From an uncultured Bacilli bacterium (GTDB taxonomy: Bacteria; Bacillota_I; Bacilli_A; RFN20; CAG-449), in assembly GCA_944332075.1 (NCBI GenBank), contig CALVJL010000001.1, positions 138,775 through 202,774 of the forward strand: DNA of 64,000 bases, read 5' to 3'. Of the stretch, positions 27,951-39,484 are shown in pieces; position 1 is the first letter of the stretch, and each line of letters opens with the position of its first letter. The position numbers were made by a program, and so were the translations under genes. A model generated the notes under the pieces. That model saw only the letters and a list, made by a program, of their open reading frames with translations. It had not been told where the DNA came from and searched no databases.

Positions 27951-29129
27951 TTAAAGAAGATCATCTTCATCTTCATCAGTAATTGTTAAAACTTCAAGAT
28001 TATTGACACAGTCATCGATTAATTTTTCAAAATCAAATAACTGTTCATATTCAATTGCTTTTTCTTCATTAGGAGCAGTAGTTGGATTTTTTACCTCAAA
28101 AATTGTGCAGCAATCTTCATATGGACGAATTGAAATATCGTATGTATCAATTTTTCTAGCAATTTTAATAATGTCAACTTTATCAAATATCGCTAATGGT
28201 CGAATAACCGGCAAAGTTGAAACCTTTTCAATAACGCTAATAGATTTTAATGTTTGCGATGCGACCTGCCCAAGCGATTCTCCGTTAGCTATAACTAAGT
28301 CTTTGCGTTTTCCAGCGACTCTTGAAGCAATTCTATACATCATTCTGCGCATAATCGTAATAGCATAAGAAATATTTACGTGGTGATATATTTCTTCTTG
28401 TAACTTAGTAAACGGAACAATGAACAATTTTATTTCTTTTTGATAAGCCGTTAACTTTTTTAGCAAATCCTTAATTTTAGTAATAACTGCCTCGTTTGTA
28501 TAAGGAGGAGAAGCAAAGTGAATACATTCAATTTTTATTCCGCGTTTCATCATTAAATATGCTGCAACCGGAGAATCAATTCCCCCAGAAAGCATCATTA
28601 ATGATTTTCCACCGCTTCCTAGAGGATAACCGCCAGCAGCTAAAGTCTCATCGGTGAATAAATAGATATAATCTTCTCTAACTGTAATATTAATCATCAG
28701 TTCAGGGTTATGGACATCAACTTTATAATCACTATTACGAAGAATTTCTCCGGCGATAAGGCGATTAATTTCTTCGCTATGAATAGGGAAAGATTTATTC
28801 GGACGTTTTGTGTGAACTTTGAAAGTTTTTTTGTTTTCTGCTAAAGCCAATTTTAAAGCTTCTTGCTTCAAAACATCTAAATCAATAGGCAAACGATAAA
28901 CTTTAGAAAATGAGTAAATTCCTGAAACATCCAATAATCTTTTGCTAACATCATCATATTTTTCACCATTTAAATGAATATAAATATGATCATATTTAAT
29001 ATCGTAAGTAAGATTTGAAAATTTTTTCAAAGCATGCTTAACATTGCAGCCTAATAAATTGATAAAATCGCGCTTATTTTTTCCTTTTGTCGATAATTCT
29101 CCATAACGGAGCATTATTAATTCATCCAT
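27951..29129 (-). CDS. thiI: tRNA 4-thiouridine(8) synthase ThiI
   Basis: THUMP-containing N-terminus and PP-loop SGGIDSPVAAY. 392 aa. Confidence 0.9.
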   Translation of the reverse strand: MDELIMLRYGELSTKGKNKRDFINLLGCNVKHALKKFSNLTYDIKYDHIYIHLNGEKYDDVSKRLLDVSGIYSFSKVYRLPIDLDVLKQEALKLALAENKKTFKVHTKRPNKSFPIHSEEINRLIAGEILRNSDYKVDVHNPELMINITVREDYIYLFTDETLAAGGYPLGSGGKSLMMLSGGIDSPVAAYLMMKRGIKIECIHFASPPYTNEAVITKIKDLLKKLTAYQKEIKLFIVPFTKLQEEIYHHVNISYAITIMRRMMYRIASRVAGKRKDLVIANGESLGQVASQTLKSISVIEKVSTLPVIRPLAIFDKVDIIKIARKIDTYDISIRPYEDCCTIFEVKNPTTAPNEEKAIEYEQLFDFEKLIDDCVNNLEVLTITDEDEDDLL

Positions 29130-29137
29130 GGTTTTAC

Positions 29138-30256
29138 CTACTTAATTTCTATTAATATTTGTTTTAAAACTCTTAAAAATTCATCAACTTCCGAAAGAGT
29201 GTTTTCTCTGTCAAAAGAAATTCTTATCGAATTCTGAGCAATTTTATCATTTTTTCCATAAGCTTCCAAGACATATGATGACATTTCTTTTTTTGATGAA
29301 CAAGCTGATTTTGTCGATACATAAATTCCTTTATTAGACAAAGATTCAGCAACCACTGAACCTTTCTTTGGAACATAAACAGAAACGATAAATGGTGAAT
29401 CATCATCACCAGAATTTACTTCTACCCCTTCAATATCTTTTAATCCAGCAACTAAATGTTTCTTTAATGAAAGGGCATGCTCATAATTATCTTTTTGGTT
29501 TTCTTTAGCAAGTCTAACAGCCTTAGCTAATGCTATTTCACGCGGAACATCATTTGTTCCTGAGCGCAAGTTATCTTGCTGTCCTCCACCAAGAATCTCA
29601 GGCTCAATTAAAATATTTTTCTTTTTTAACAATGCTCCTGACTGTTTAAATGAATGGATTTTATGACCTGAAAAAGATATTAAATCCAAGATGCTATAAT
29701 CGAAATCAATCTTGCCATATGCTTGGGTGACATCGCTATGGAACTTCACTTTCGGATATTTTTTAAGAATTTCCCTTACTTTTTTTAAATCTTGAACCGC
29801 ACCGGTTTCATTATTCACCAGCATCAATGAAACTAAAATAGTATCATCATTGAGCAATTTTTCTAATTCATCTAACTTATAATGTCCATGCTCATCTACA
29901 TCGAGATAGCTGACAGTAAACCCTTCTTGCTCTAAGTGGTGAAATACTTCGCGGACCGATGGATGCTCAATTTTTGATGTGATTAAATGTTTTCCATTTT
30001 TCTTATAGCGATATGCGATACCTTTAATCGCTAAATTATTAGCTTCCGTTGCCCCCGATGTGAAAATTACATCAAAGTTTTCATCATTAAAACATTTGGC
30101 AATCAATTTTCGTGCCTTATTTTCCATTTCTAAAGCCTTCAATCCTTCATGGTGAAGAGAAGAAGGATTAGCAAAATATAATTTCAAAGCATCCTCAAAG
30201 CTTTTTAAAACAGACTCATCAACGAGAGTCGTCGCTGCATTATCAAAATATATCAT
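29138..30256 (-). CDS. Cysteine desulfurase (class V aminotransferase, NifS/IscS-like)
   Basis: 372 aa. The PLP-lysine region (SFSGHKIHS) and C-terminal active-site Cys region (STKSACSSKK) are present. It is upstream of thiI, as in the B. subtilis nifZ-thiI locus. Confidence 0.85.
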   Translation of the reverse strand: MIYFDNAATTLVDESVLKSFEDALKLYFANPSSLHHEGLKALEMENKARKLIAKCFNDENFDVIFTSGATEANNLAIKGIAYRYKKNGKHLITSKIEHPSVREVFHHLEQEGFTVSYLDVDEHGHYKLDELEKLLNDDTILVSLMLVNNETGAVQDLKKVREILKKYPKVKFHSDVTQAYGKIDFDYSILDLISFSGHKIHSFKQSGALLKKKNILIEPEILGGGQQDNLRSGTNDVPREIALAKAVRLAKENQKDNYEHALSLKKHLVAGLKDIEGVEVNSGDDDSPFIVSVYVPKKGSVVAESLSNKGIYVSTKSACSSKKEMSSYVLEAYGKNDKIAQNSIRISFDRENTLSEVDEFLRVLKQILIEIK

Positions 30257-31983
30257 TACTTATTAGCCTCTGGTCTAATCTTTTTTAATATTGAAACAGT
30301 TTCATCAGCAGTTCGAGCGAAATCACCTTCAAAGAAAGCCTTTTCTGCTGTCATTAAAGCTGTTCTCACATCATAGAATTTTAAACGGAACTGATTAGCG
30401 TATACAATCGCTTCTTCAGCTTGATTAACTTGCTTTTCTATATTAGCTAGATGGGCAATTAAAGATTCTTCTTCTTGTTTTAAAAGTTCAACATATTCAT
30501 TAATTGCACTCACATCAATAGGTGTAACTTTTATTACATTGCCGATGTTGTCAATTAACTCATAACAACGCGCAAAATTACTTTTATAAGCATTGATTAA
30601 GCTTTTAACGTTAACTTTTCTTAATAACGACTCATAGTCTTTTAATTCCAGATAGGCTTTAGAAATATAATTATAAGCATTTTCTGAATCATCTTTTAAA
30701 GAATTAAGATATGATTGAACCGAAGCGATATGTTCCTTTATTTTTTCTGTACATTCTTTCAAATCAAGTAATTTGGCATTCAGTAATGAATAAGGTTGCT
30801 TTGATGAAGCATGAACATACGTATCAAGATTTCTCTTAATAGTATCAAGTTCATTGATTTCTCTTTGAATACCTTCAAGAGACGATAAGCATTCATCTTT
30901 CAAAAGATATGTTGATTTGTATTCAGGTACAACTCTTCTTAGTTTAATAAAGCGGTTTTCAAGTTGATAGGAACCATTATAAAGTTCTTCGAATGATGAT
31001 GTGAAATCTTCTTTTGCCTTAACTTCAAGATCAAAATCTTCATTGAGTTTAAAAATACTATCCTTAATTTGATTTAATTCATATTCCGCATTTTTAGTTT
31101 GAAAAGAAGTTAAACGATTTTGGATATGTTTGAGATTTTTTTCAAATGTTTCTACCGATGATTGAAACAATAAATGATGAAGCGGATAACCTTGATTAGT
31201 TAATTCATCATAGCGATTTTTTAATTCCGTCAAATTATTTGGAATGACGACAAACGCTAAAGTGGTAAGGCGCGGTAAAACATTTAAAGATTTTTCTAAA
31301 GCATCGATAACTCTTTTTAATTCAGGAAATTTTTCTTGAGCTTCTTGATAATGGGCGCATGAGAAAAGATTATTTATCTCGATAAAACTTTCTTCTAATT
31401 TTTCAAATAGGGAACTAAGTGATGGTTCAATATATTTTAGTTCAAACTTCTTTGATTCCGCTAAATCGCGAATATCGCGGAATTTCTTTTGATAAGTTAA
31501 AAGTGTCTGGCGATTTTCATCATCTAAAGACAAAATTTTACTTAATGATTTTTCTAAATTAGTATAACGTTCTTCTAAAGTTGAAAGTGATTTACGTGCG
31601 TTTTCAACTTCTTCTTTAATTAATTTATATTTTTTTTGCTGCAACAAAAGTTTTAAAGAGTCGATATCTTGGCTAACTTTATAATCTTCATTTTTTAAAA
31701 CATTTTGATAGATTTCGTCATTTTTAGTATAGACTTCTTGATAATCGCTATTGAGCTGAGCAATTGAATATATTCTTTTCAATTCTTCACTTATTTCATT
31801 TACGAGTAAATCATGGTATCGACGGTAGCGTTTACTAACATCATTCACCATTTTTTTAGCATGCCGACGCGAAGTAAAAATCGCGCAAACAACAATCAAT
31901 AAAATTAGTACAATCACGCCGATAACACCGGCAACAATAACAATCGGATTAATAGCAATCAAACTCAACATATATTTCTCCAA
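30256..31983 (-). CDS. ezrA: Septation ring formation regulator EzrA
   Basis: 575 aa. A single N-terminal TM helix is followed by an extended coiled-coil/spectrin-like region. The ezrA-nifS-thiI gene order is conserved. Confidence 0.75.
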   Translation of the reverse strand: MEKYMLSLIAINPIVIVAGVIGVIVLILLIVVCAIFTSRRHAKKMVNDVSKRYRRYHDLLVNEISEELKRIYSIAQLNSDYQEVYTKNDEIYQNVLKNEDYKVSQDIDSLKLLLQQKKYKLIKEEVENARKSLSTLEERYTNLEKSLSKILSLDDENRQTLLTYQKKFRDIRDLAESKKFELKYIEPSLSSLFEKLEESFIEINNLFSCAHYQEAQEKFPELKRVIDALEKSLNVLPRLTTLAFVVIPNNLTELKNRYDELTNQGYPLHHLLFQSSVETFEKNLKHIQNRLTSFQTKNAEYELNQIKDSIFKLNEDFDLEVKAKEDFTSSFEELYNGSYQLENRFIKLRRVVPEYKSTYLLKDECLSSLEGIQREINELDTIKRNLDTYVHASSKQPYSLLNAKLLDLKECTEKIKEHIASVQSYLNSLKDDSENAYNYISKAYLELKDYESLLRKVNVKSLINAYKSNFARCYELIDNIGNVIKVTPIDVSAINEYVELLKQEEESLIAHLANIEKQVNQAEEAIVYANQFRLKFYDVRTALMTAEKAFFEGDFARTADETVSILKKIRPEANK

Positions 31984-32291
31984 AGTGCAGCAAAGTAAAT
32001 AATTCTTCTAAAATTATAGCTTACAATTGAGCACAAATAAATTATTTAAATAATTTATCTGCATTTTATTTTTTTATAAACTTTTTTTTAAACTAAAGTG
32101 ACAATTATGTTGACAAATTTCATATTGATACGATATTATTTTAAAGCATGCGAAATAGCAAGTAGATACATCCTGCCAGACGAACGCCAAAAGAAGTAAC
32201 CTTGCTAGATGGTGAAGGCGTCTCACCCGGGGAATAAGGGATCTATTCTCTATAGCTAATTCGTTATGAATTATTATAGGAGGAAAAACAC

Positions 32292-32903
32292 ATGTCAAGA
32301 TACACAGGACCTTCCTGGAAAGTGTCACGTCGCCTCGGTTATTCAGTTCTCGAAACCGGAGTTGAGCTCAAGAAGAGAGCTTATGGACCTGGTCCACACG
32401 CAAAAGACAAAAAGAAAAAACCATCTGAATATGGTAAACAATTAATCGAGAAACAAAAATTAAGAGAAACATATGGTGTTTCTGAAAGACAGTTCCAACG
32501 TCTTTTCAAGATTGCAAAAGCTAAGAAAGGTGTCGTCACCGGTGTAGCATTTATGCAATTACTCGAATCAAGATTAGATAACTTAGTCTATCGTCTCGGC
32601 TTTGCTAGAACTAGAAGACAAGCTCGTCAATTAGTCAATCACTGCCACGTCTTAGTAAACGATAAGAAAGTCAATATTCCTTCATACATCGTTTCAGTCG
32701 GCGACACAATTGCTGTTAAAGAAGCAAGCAAGAACTTAGCAATCGTTAAATCATCTCTTGAATCAGCACCTAAGACCCCAGCTTATGTCGAACTCGACAA
32801 AGATAAAGTCTCCGGCAAATATATCCGCCTTCCAGAAAGAAGCGAATTAACAAGAGAAATCGACGAATCACAAGTTGTTGAATTCTACAACAGAAAGTTA
32901 TAA
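32292..32903 (+). CDS. rpsD: 30S ribosomal protein S4
   Basis: [16 protein letters not shown]... 203 aa. A structured ~150-nt leader lies upstream and a terminator (ACAGGTCAG-GAAA-CTGATCTGT plus T7) follows at about 32920-32948. Confidence 0.95.
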   Translation: MSRYTGPSWKVSRRLGYSVLETGVELKKRAYGPGPHAKDKKKKPSEYGKQLIEKQKLRETYGVSERQFQRLFKIAKAKKGVVTGVAFMQLLESRLDNLVYRLGFARTRRQARQLVNHCHVLVNDKKVNIPSYIVSVGDTIAVKEASKNLAIVKSSLESAPKTPAYVELDKDKVSGKYIRLPERSELTREIDESQVVEFYNRKL

Positions 32904-33010
32904 TCTAGCAATTTATCAAACAGGTCAGGAAACTGATCTGTTTTTTTATTTATAATTTTATTTAAAGAAACAAAAAAATCACCTTTCGGTGATTCGTTTT
33001 GTTATCGTAA

Positions 33011-33184
33011 TTAATATGATTTACGACGAGCCATTTCTGACTTCATCTTGCGACGAAGGCCTGGTTTTAAGTAGAATTCTCTCTTGCGAGCTTCCGCTAA
33101 GATACCAGCTTTGTTGACTTGGCGTTTAAATCTGCGAAGAGCGTCATCGAGTGTTTCATTCTCACGAACGACTGTTTTTGGCAT
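33011..33184 (-). CDS. rpsU: 30S ribosomal protein S21
   Basis: 57 aa [27 protein letters not shown]... The start is trimmed from the six-frame ORF. A terminator hairpin lies at about 32970-32996. Confidence 0.9.
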   Translation of the reverse strand: MPKTVVRENETLDDALRRFKRQVNKAGILAEARKREFYLKPGLRRKMKSEMARRKSY

Positions 33185-33394
33185 TAACTTTTCACCCCTT
33201 CTCGGTCTTTGTTTTTCAACAATGATAATTATAAATAACCATAAATTACTTTGCAACAATAACATTTAGTATTTAACTATTTATTTAGTTTTTTATCAAA
33301 AATTAAAAAAATATCCATTAATTAAGCCCTAATAAAAAGTTCTAAAAATCTTTCTTATTTACAAAAGTACGCTTTTATTTCATAATTAGTATAG

Positions 33395-33811
33395 TTGAAA
33401 GGCACATTTATGGAACAAATTATCTTATGGCTCGAAAGCAACCTCGAGTATTTTGCGCGGATTATTGTTATCATCTTAGAATTTATTGGAATCCTCGTTA
33501 TTGTTGTTGGTACAATCAAAGCAATATTCTACGTCTTTGATGATACAATTAGAAAAAAACATCATAATGTGAAAATCACATTAGCTCAAGCTCTTTCACT
33601 TGGTCTAGAGTTCAAGATGGGCGCAGAAATTATTAACACGGTTGTTATCCGCGAAGCCAGTGAATTAATCATTCTCGGTGCCATTATTTTATTAAGAGCA
33701 ATCTTAGCCATCATCATCCATTGGGAAATTAAAACCGAAAGAAAAGATGAGATGGAAAATATTGAAGTCAGTAAAGTTTTAAAAGAAGAAAATGATTCAA
33801 GCGAGGAATAA
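33395..33811 (+). CDS. DUF1622-like small membrane protein
   Basis: Three to four TM helices with a pattern resembling DUF1622. The likely start is MEQIIL at 33410. Confidence 0.5.
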   Translation: MKGTFMEQIILWLESNLEYFARIIVIILEFIGILVIVVGTIKAIFYVFDDTIRKKHHNVKITLAQALSLGLEFKMGAEIINTVVIREASELIILGAIILLRAILAIIIHWEIKTERKDEMENIEVSKVLKEENDSSEE

Positions 33812-33865
33812 AATTTCTCGCTTTTCTTATACAATATTTCACCTTTAATTTTATATAATAGATAT

Positions 33866-36800
33866 ATGAATTATTGTCCTTTGAATATCACTACATGCTA
33901 TACGTTTTTATCATCAAGTTTAAAAATTGACGATATTTTTAAGATAGCCATTAAACTTGGATATCGCTCCTTTGGAGTAAATGATTTATTGGTTATGCAT
34001 AGTTATGGTAACATTGCTAGCCTTGATAAAAAATATCATCTTAATCCTGCATACGGAGTTAAATTGAACGTTTCATATAACGAATACACTTTTCCTCTTT
34101 CTTGTTATATCCATAATGAAGAAGGATATCGAAATTTAATTGCCCTAATTTCTCTTAGAAAAGAAACAATTGATAATGATGAATTGAGAGATTATAAAAA
34201 TGGTTTAATCGCGGTTATCTCTTTTAATGATGAATTAAAAAAGCTCTTTTATAATGATGAAATAAAATTTGCTAAACTATTAGTGACTATTGAGAGTAAT
34301 TTTGATGATTTTTATCTAGGGATTGAAACATATTCAGATTTCGACCAAGATTTTACCGACAAAATTCGCAAATTTTATAAATCTCATAAATTTAAAGGTG
34401 TCTGCTTTAATAAACATCTCTACTTAAAAAAAGAAGATGCGATAGTTTTAAAAATATTAGAAGCAATAAAAACAAATAGTAAGTTATCAGTTAAACAAGA
34501 AAAAGGACCATATTTTTTTCTCACTTTAAATGTTCTTAGTAAGCTCTACACCGATGAAGAAATCGAAAATAGTTATATAATTCAAAAAGAATGTCAAAAT
34601 TTTAATTTTTTAAAAAAGCGCGGTGAATTAGTTTCTTTTCCGTATAAAAACAAGCGACAAGAGCTTTATAATCACTGTCAAAATAAATTAATTGCAATAA
34701 AAAAAGAGCAAGATGAACAATATCTATCTAGATTGAATTATGAACTAGATATCATCGAAAAAATGGGCTACCTCGATTATTTTTTCATAGTAGAAGATTA
34801 TGTTAAAGAAGCAAAAAAAAGAAATATTATGGTTGGCCCGGGGCGTGGATCTGCGGCAGGTTCCTTGATTGCTTATCTTTTAGAGATTACCGAAGTCGAT
34901 CCTTTAAAATATGATTTACTTTTCGAACGCTTTCTCAATCCTGAAAGGACATCAATGCCAGATATTGATGTCGATTTTGCCGATTATCGACGCGATGAAG
35001 TTTGTCAATATATTCAAAATCGTTATGGAAAAGAAAAATTTTGTTATATTATAACTTTTCAAACATATAAAGTTCGCGGAGCCTTACAAGATTTACAAAG
35101 GGTATATAATATCGATAGCAGAGATATTAGGAACATCATCGATTCTTTAGAAGGAAACGATTCTTTTTCTGAGGCATATCATAATTCTGAAAGTTTCCGA
35201 TTATTATTAAAAGACGAATATTATAAAGAACTGATTCATTTAGCGAGTAAGCTTGAAGGATTACCGCGGCAATCATCTCTTCATGCTGCCGGGATAATCA
35301 TCAACAATACCCCATTATCGCAATCACTTCCAACCATTGAAAGCGAAGGTAATTTAGTTAGCCAATTTGAAGCGCCAATTCTTGAAGAGCTAGGATATCT
35401 AAAAATGGATATTCTCGGTCTTACTAACTTAACAATAATTGAAGATCAACTCAAATATATTAAAGCTAATTATAATCAAAATTTTTCTTTAGAAAAAATA
35501 CCTTTTTCTGATAAAAATACTTTTTCAATTTTGAATAACGGATTAACATGCGGTGTCTTCCAATTAGAATCAACAGGCATTACTAAAGCTCTTAAACTTG
35601 TGAAAGTCGATTCGTTTGATGATATAACCGCGGTATTAGCTCTTTATCGTCCTGGTCCAATGGACAATATTCCTTCCTATGCCTACAATAAACAGCATCC
35701 GGAAAAAATAACTTACCTTAATGAAGATTTAAAGCAAATTCTCAGTCCAACTTTTAATATAATTATCTACCAAGAACAAATCATGTTAATTGCGAGAAAA
35801 ATTGCCTCTTTCTCTCTTGGAAAAGCTGATTTGTTCCGTCGGGCGATTTCTAAAAAGAACAATGCTTTGCTCTCTTCTTTACGCGAAGAATTTATCAAAG
35901 GTGCTATTTCTAATCATTTAACGCAAAATGAAGCTGAAAATATCTATGATTTAATCTATAAATTTGCTTCATATGGTTTTAATAAGTCACATTCAGTTTC
36001 CTACGCTTTTATATCTTATATAATGAGTTATATTAAAGCTAATTATCCATCTTGTTATTATGCTGGATTGCTAAATCATTTAACATTAAATGATCGAAGA
36101 ATTGATTCATTAGAAGAAGAATTAAACTATTTTTCGTTAGAGTTAGCTTTACCAGATGTTAAAAAAAGCAAAACATATTTTGTTATCGACGACAGAAAAT
36201 TAATTATTCCTTTTACCTTAATTAAAGGAATAAATAAAAATCAAATAGCAGCTCTATTAAAAATTCAAGAAGAAGACATTTCTTCATTCCATTTATTTAT
36301 CAAAGCAAGCGTTAAATATCACTTGAGCGAAGAAAATATTGTAACGCTCATTAATGCAGGCGCATTAGACTGTTATCAATATAATCGAGTAACTTTAAGA
36401 AGAGGTCTATCAAGAATGCTGAATTACTATCAAAATATAGTTCTTGATGGCTTGATTAGTGAAGAAGAATTGTCTTCTTTCTTACCAAAGATGGAAATTT
36501 ATCCAGAAGACAAAGAATTAAAATATTCTTTAGAAATTTCTACATTAAACATTTTGCTTTCCGGATCAATGATGGAACAATATCAAGATAGATTGCGCGA
36601 AGAAAATATTTTACCTTTGAAAAAGCAATTAGAAATGATTGATAATAATGAAAGGAAAATTGCCGGAATTGTTAAAAATGTCCGCAATTTTAAAACAAAA
36701 CGCGGCGAAGAGATGGGAGTAGCCTTAATCGAAGATGATGATAAATCAATTAATGGAGTTCTTTTTCCTGCCGCTTATAAAAAATTAATCGGTTTAATTA

Positions 36801-36895
36801 ATCATGCTCGCGCGTTTATTTTTACCGGCAGATTTGCAAAACGCGATGACAATATAGAGTTTATTATTGAAGATGGAGAAAGTTTAGAGGATTAA
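33866..36895 (+). CDS. dnaE: DNA polymerase III alpha subunit (DnaE-type)
   Basis: N-terminal PHP domain. Palm motif GPGRGSAAGSLIAYLLEITEVDPL and ...PDIDVDF are present. 1009 aa and no exonuclease insertion, so it is DnaE rather than PolC. Confidence 0.9.
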   Translation: MNYCPLNITTCYTFLSSSLKIDDIFKIAIKLGYRSFGVNDLLVMHSYGNIASLDKKYHLNPAYGVKLNVSYNEYTFPLSCYIHNEEGYRNLIALISLRKETIDNDELRDYKNGLIAVISFNDELKKLFYNDEIKFAKLLVTIESNFDDFYLGIETYSDFDQDFTDKIRKFYKSHKFKGVCFNKHLYLKKEDAIVLKILEAIKTNSKLSVKQEKGPYFFLTLNVLSKLYTDEEIENSYIIQKECQNFNFLKKRGELVSFPYKNKRQELYNHCQNKLIAIKKEQDEQYLSRLNYELDIIEKMGYLDYFFIVEDYVKEAKKRNIMVGPGRGSAAGSLIAYLLEITEVDPLKYDLLFERFLNPERTSMPDIDVDFADYRRDEVCQYIQNRYGKEKFCYIITFQTYKVRGALQDLQRVYNIDSRDIRNIIDSLEGNDSFSEAYHNSESFRLLLKDEYYKELIHLASKLEGLPRQSSLHAAGIIINNTPLSQSLPTIESEGNLVSQFEAPILEELGYLKMDILGLTNLTIIEDQLKYIKANYNQNFSLEKIPFSDKNTFSILNNGLTCGVFQLESTGITKALKLVKVDSFDDITAVLALYRPGPMDNIPSYAYNKQHPEKITYLNEDLKQILSPTFNIIIYQEQIMLIARKIASFSLGKADLFRRAISKKNNALLSSLREEFIKGAISNHLTQNEAENIYDLIYKFASYGFNKSHSVSYAFISYIMSYIKANYPSCYYAGLLNHLTLNDRRIDSLEEELNYFSLELALPDVKKSKTYFVIDDRKLIIPFTLIKGINKNQIAALLKIQEEDISSFHLFIKASVKYHLSEENIVTLINAGALDCYQYNRVTLRRGLSRMLNYYQNIVLDGLISEEELSSFLPKMEIYPEDKELKYSLEISTLNILLSGSMMEQYQDRLREENILPLKKQLEMIDNNERKIAGIVKNVRNFKTKRGEEMGVALIEDDDKSINGVLFPAAYKKLIGLINHARAFIFTGRFAKRDDNIEFIIEDGESLED

Positions 36896-36899
36896 CAAA

Positions 36900-39473
36900 A
36901 TGAAAAAATTAATAGTTATCGATGGTAATTCATTACTATTCAGGGCTTATTATGCAACCGCCTTTAACGGAGAAATAATGCATACAAAAGATGGTTTTCC
37001 AACTAATGCTATATTCGGTTTCAATAATATGATAATGAAACTTGTTTCTTCATTAAAAGAAGGCGATTTGTTTTTCGTCTCTTTTGATACAGGGCATAAA
37101 ACATTTCGGCATGAAGAAATGGAGACTTATAAGGCTCAAAGAAAACCAGTTGATGAAGCATTGATTAAACAGTTTAAGCCGGCTAGAGAATATCTTGATG
37201 CATTGAATGCTTTTCATTATGAACTAGATGGTTATGAAGGCGATGATTTAGCAGGTACTGTTGCTAAAATGGGATCGAGGGAAAATCTCGACGTAGAAAT
37301 TTATACTAGTGATAAAGATTACTTACAGTTAATTGATGATCATATCGCTATCCAAATGATTCGTAAGGGATTAAAAGATATCGTTCGTTATGATGCCGCG
37401 ACATTAAAAGAAACGATGGGACTTGAGCCTGACCAAATTCGTGATTATAAAGGATTAATGGGTGATCCATCAGACAACATCAAAGGAATTCCTGGCATCG
37501 GCGAAAAAACGGCTTTAAAACTGCTTAGCGAATATCATGACTTAGAAAACATTATTGCTAATATGCAGAATAATTCTTCTAAGTTAGCTCAAAAAATTAT
37601 TGAAAATCAAGAATTAGGACGTTTTTGCAAGAAAATAGCAACCATTGATATTGACGTCAAATTGCCTTTTTCATTAAATGATTTAGTCTATAAGGGATAT
37701 GATTTTAATGCTCTATCAACTTTCTATACTAAATATGAATTTTTCTCATTGTTAAAAAAGTTAAAGCCTTCATCTTTATATAAAGAAAATCCTACTTCCG
37801 TAAAGCCAGAAAAAAACTTTATAGAAGTCGAAAATTTTTCAGCTATTCCAAGTGATTGCACGACCTTTTATTTAAGTTCTAATGTTACCAACTATCATCA
37901 CGGAGAAATCCAAGAAATCGTTTTATCAAACGGCAAAGAAATCTACCATCTGCCTTTTAATAGTAACGACATTGATCTCAAACGTTATTTAGAAGATGCT
38001 AATTTGCTAAAATCAACATATGATGTCAAAAGAGCTTATTGCTTGCTAAATCGATACGGAATTAAATTAGATGGAATTGATTTAGACTTTTTACTCGCTT
38101 CTTATCTTTTAGACTCCTCATTAGATAATGATATCGTCGCATTATCAGCTTTCTATGGCGAAAACATCGCTTCTAATGATGAAAAAGAGAAGGAATATTT
38201 ATTAACAAAAGTTATCTATAATCATCGCGATGAAATTTTTGAAAAGCTTAAAAGCATAAACTGCTTATCTCTTTATCAAACACTAGAACTACCATTAAGC
38301 AAAGTCCTAGCCAAAATGGAGATTGAAGGTTTTCCATTAAATAAAGAAGCTTTATCAATAATTAATGATAAATACCTAGCAATTGAAAAAAGCCTAGAGA
38401 AACAAATTTATGATATTGCAGGGTATGACTTTAATCTCTCTTCACCTAAACAAGTTGCCGATTTATTGTTTAATAAATTAGGCTTACCCGGCAATAAAAA
38501 GAATTCTACATCAATAGAAGTGCTTAACGCATTAAAAGATCGTCATCCGATTGTCAAATTGATTATTGATCAAAGAAAATATTCTAAATTGATTTCTACT
38601 TATACATCCGCGTTAAGCGATTATATTTTCCCAGATGGAAAAATTCATACACTCTTTAATCAAGCATTAACCACCACAGGTAGGCTTTCCTCATCTGAAC
38701 CAAATCTACAAAATATTACTGTCCGCGATGAAGACGGTAAATACATCAGAAAAGCATTCTTCTATGATGAAGATGACCTATATTTACTTAGTTTAGATTA
38801 TTCACAAATCGAATTGAGGCTTCTTGCGGAAATGTCATCGTGTCAAACATTAATTGATATTTTCAACCACGGAGGCGATATTCATGCTTCAACAGCGAGA
38901 AAAGTCTTTAATATTCCTGATGATCAAGAAGTTCCATCAGCATTAAGAAGAAAAGCAAAAGCGGTGAATTTTGGTATAGTTTATGGAATTTCTGATTGGG
39001 GACTAGCGGAACAAATTGATTGCTCGGTCAGTGAAGCTAAAGTCATAATTGATTCATTCTACAAAATATATCCGGAGATAAAAGAATATTTTGATAGAAT
39101 ACTTGAAGAAGCCAAGAAAACCAATTATGTAGTCACAATGTTTAACCGACGTCGCTACATCAAAGAACTCGCCTCAGACAATTACCAAACAAGAGAATTT
39201 GGTCGACGCGCAGCTAAAAATGCCCCAATTCAAGGAACTGCAGCCGATTTAATAAAAATTGCTATGATAAAAATTGATCAAGCTCTTACTGAAAATAAAC
39301 TTAAATCGCGCTTAGTTCTTCAAATTCACGATGAATTGATTTTCAAAGTATATGAAGATGAAAAAGATCAAGTATATTCATTAGCTAAGGAGATTATGGA
39401 ACATGTCATCAATAGCAAGGTAAAACTTGAAGTCGATGGGGGAATTGCTAAAACTTGGTATGATACCAAATAG
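36900..39473 (+). CDS. polA: DNA polymerase I
   Basis: 5'-3' exonuclease N-terminus (LIVIDGNSLLFRAYYA). Polymerase motifs (DYSQIELRLLA, RRKAKAVNFGIVYG, LQIHDELIF) are present. 857 aa. Confidence 0.95.
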   Translation: MKKLIVIDGNSLLFRAYYATAFNGEIMHTKDGFPTNAIFGFNNMIMKLVSSLKEGDLFFVSFDTGHKTFRHEEMETYKAQRKPVDEALIKQFKPAREYLDALNAFHYELDGYEGDDLAGTVAKMGSRENLDVEIYTSDKDYLQLIDDHIAIQMIRKGLKDIVRYDAATLKETMGLEPDQIRDYKGLMGDPSDNIKGIPGIGEKTALKLLSEYHDLENIIANMQNNSSKLAQKIIENQELGRFCKKIATIDIDVKLPFSLNDLVYKGYDFNALSTFYTKYEFFSLLKKLKPSSLYKENPTSVKPEKNFIEVENFSAIPSDCTTFYLSSNVTNYHHGEIQEIVLSNGKEIYHLPFNSNDIDLKRYLEDANLLKSTYDVKRAYCLLNRYGIKLDGIDLDFLLASYLLDSSLDNDIVALSAFYGENIASNDEKEKEYLLTKVIYNHRDEIFEKLKSINCLSLYQTLELPLSKVLAKMEIEGFPLNKEALSIINDKYLAIEKSLEKQIYDIAGYDFNLSSPKQVADLLFNKLGLPGNKKNSTSIEVLNALKDRHPIVKLIIDQRKYSKLISTYTSALSDYIFPDGKIHTLFNQALTTTGRLSSSEPNLQNITVRDEDGKYIRKAFFYDEDDLYLLSLDYSQIELRLLAEMSSCQTLIDIFNHGGDIHASTARKVFNIPDDQEVPSALRRKAKAVNFGIVYGISDWGLAEQIDCSVSEAKVIIDSFYKIYPEIKEYFDRILEEAKKTNYVVTMFNRRRYIKELASDNYQTREFGRRAAKNAPIQGTAADLIKIAMIKIDQALTENKLKSRLVLQIHDELIFKVYEDEKDQVYSLAKEIMEHVINSKVKLEVDGGIAKTWYDTK

Positions 39474-39484
39474 GAGAAATCATT

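Noticed and set aside
32140-32291. rpsD leader as an S4 autoregulatory pseudoknot
   Set aside because: Plausible by analogy with Bacillus, and stems such as GCAAG…CTTGC and GACG…CGTC are visible. I cannot verify the pseudoknot by eye, so I left it as a note on the rpsD feature rather than a separate call.
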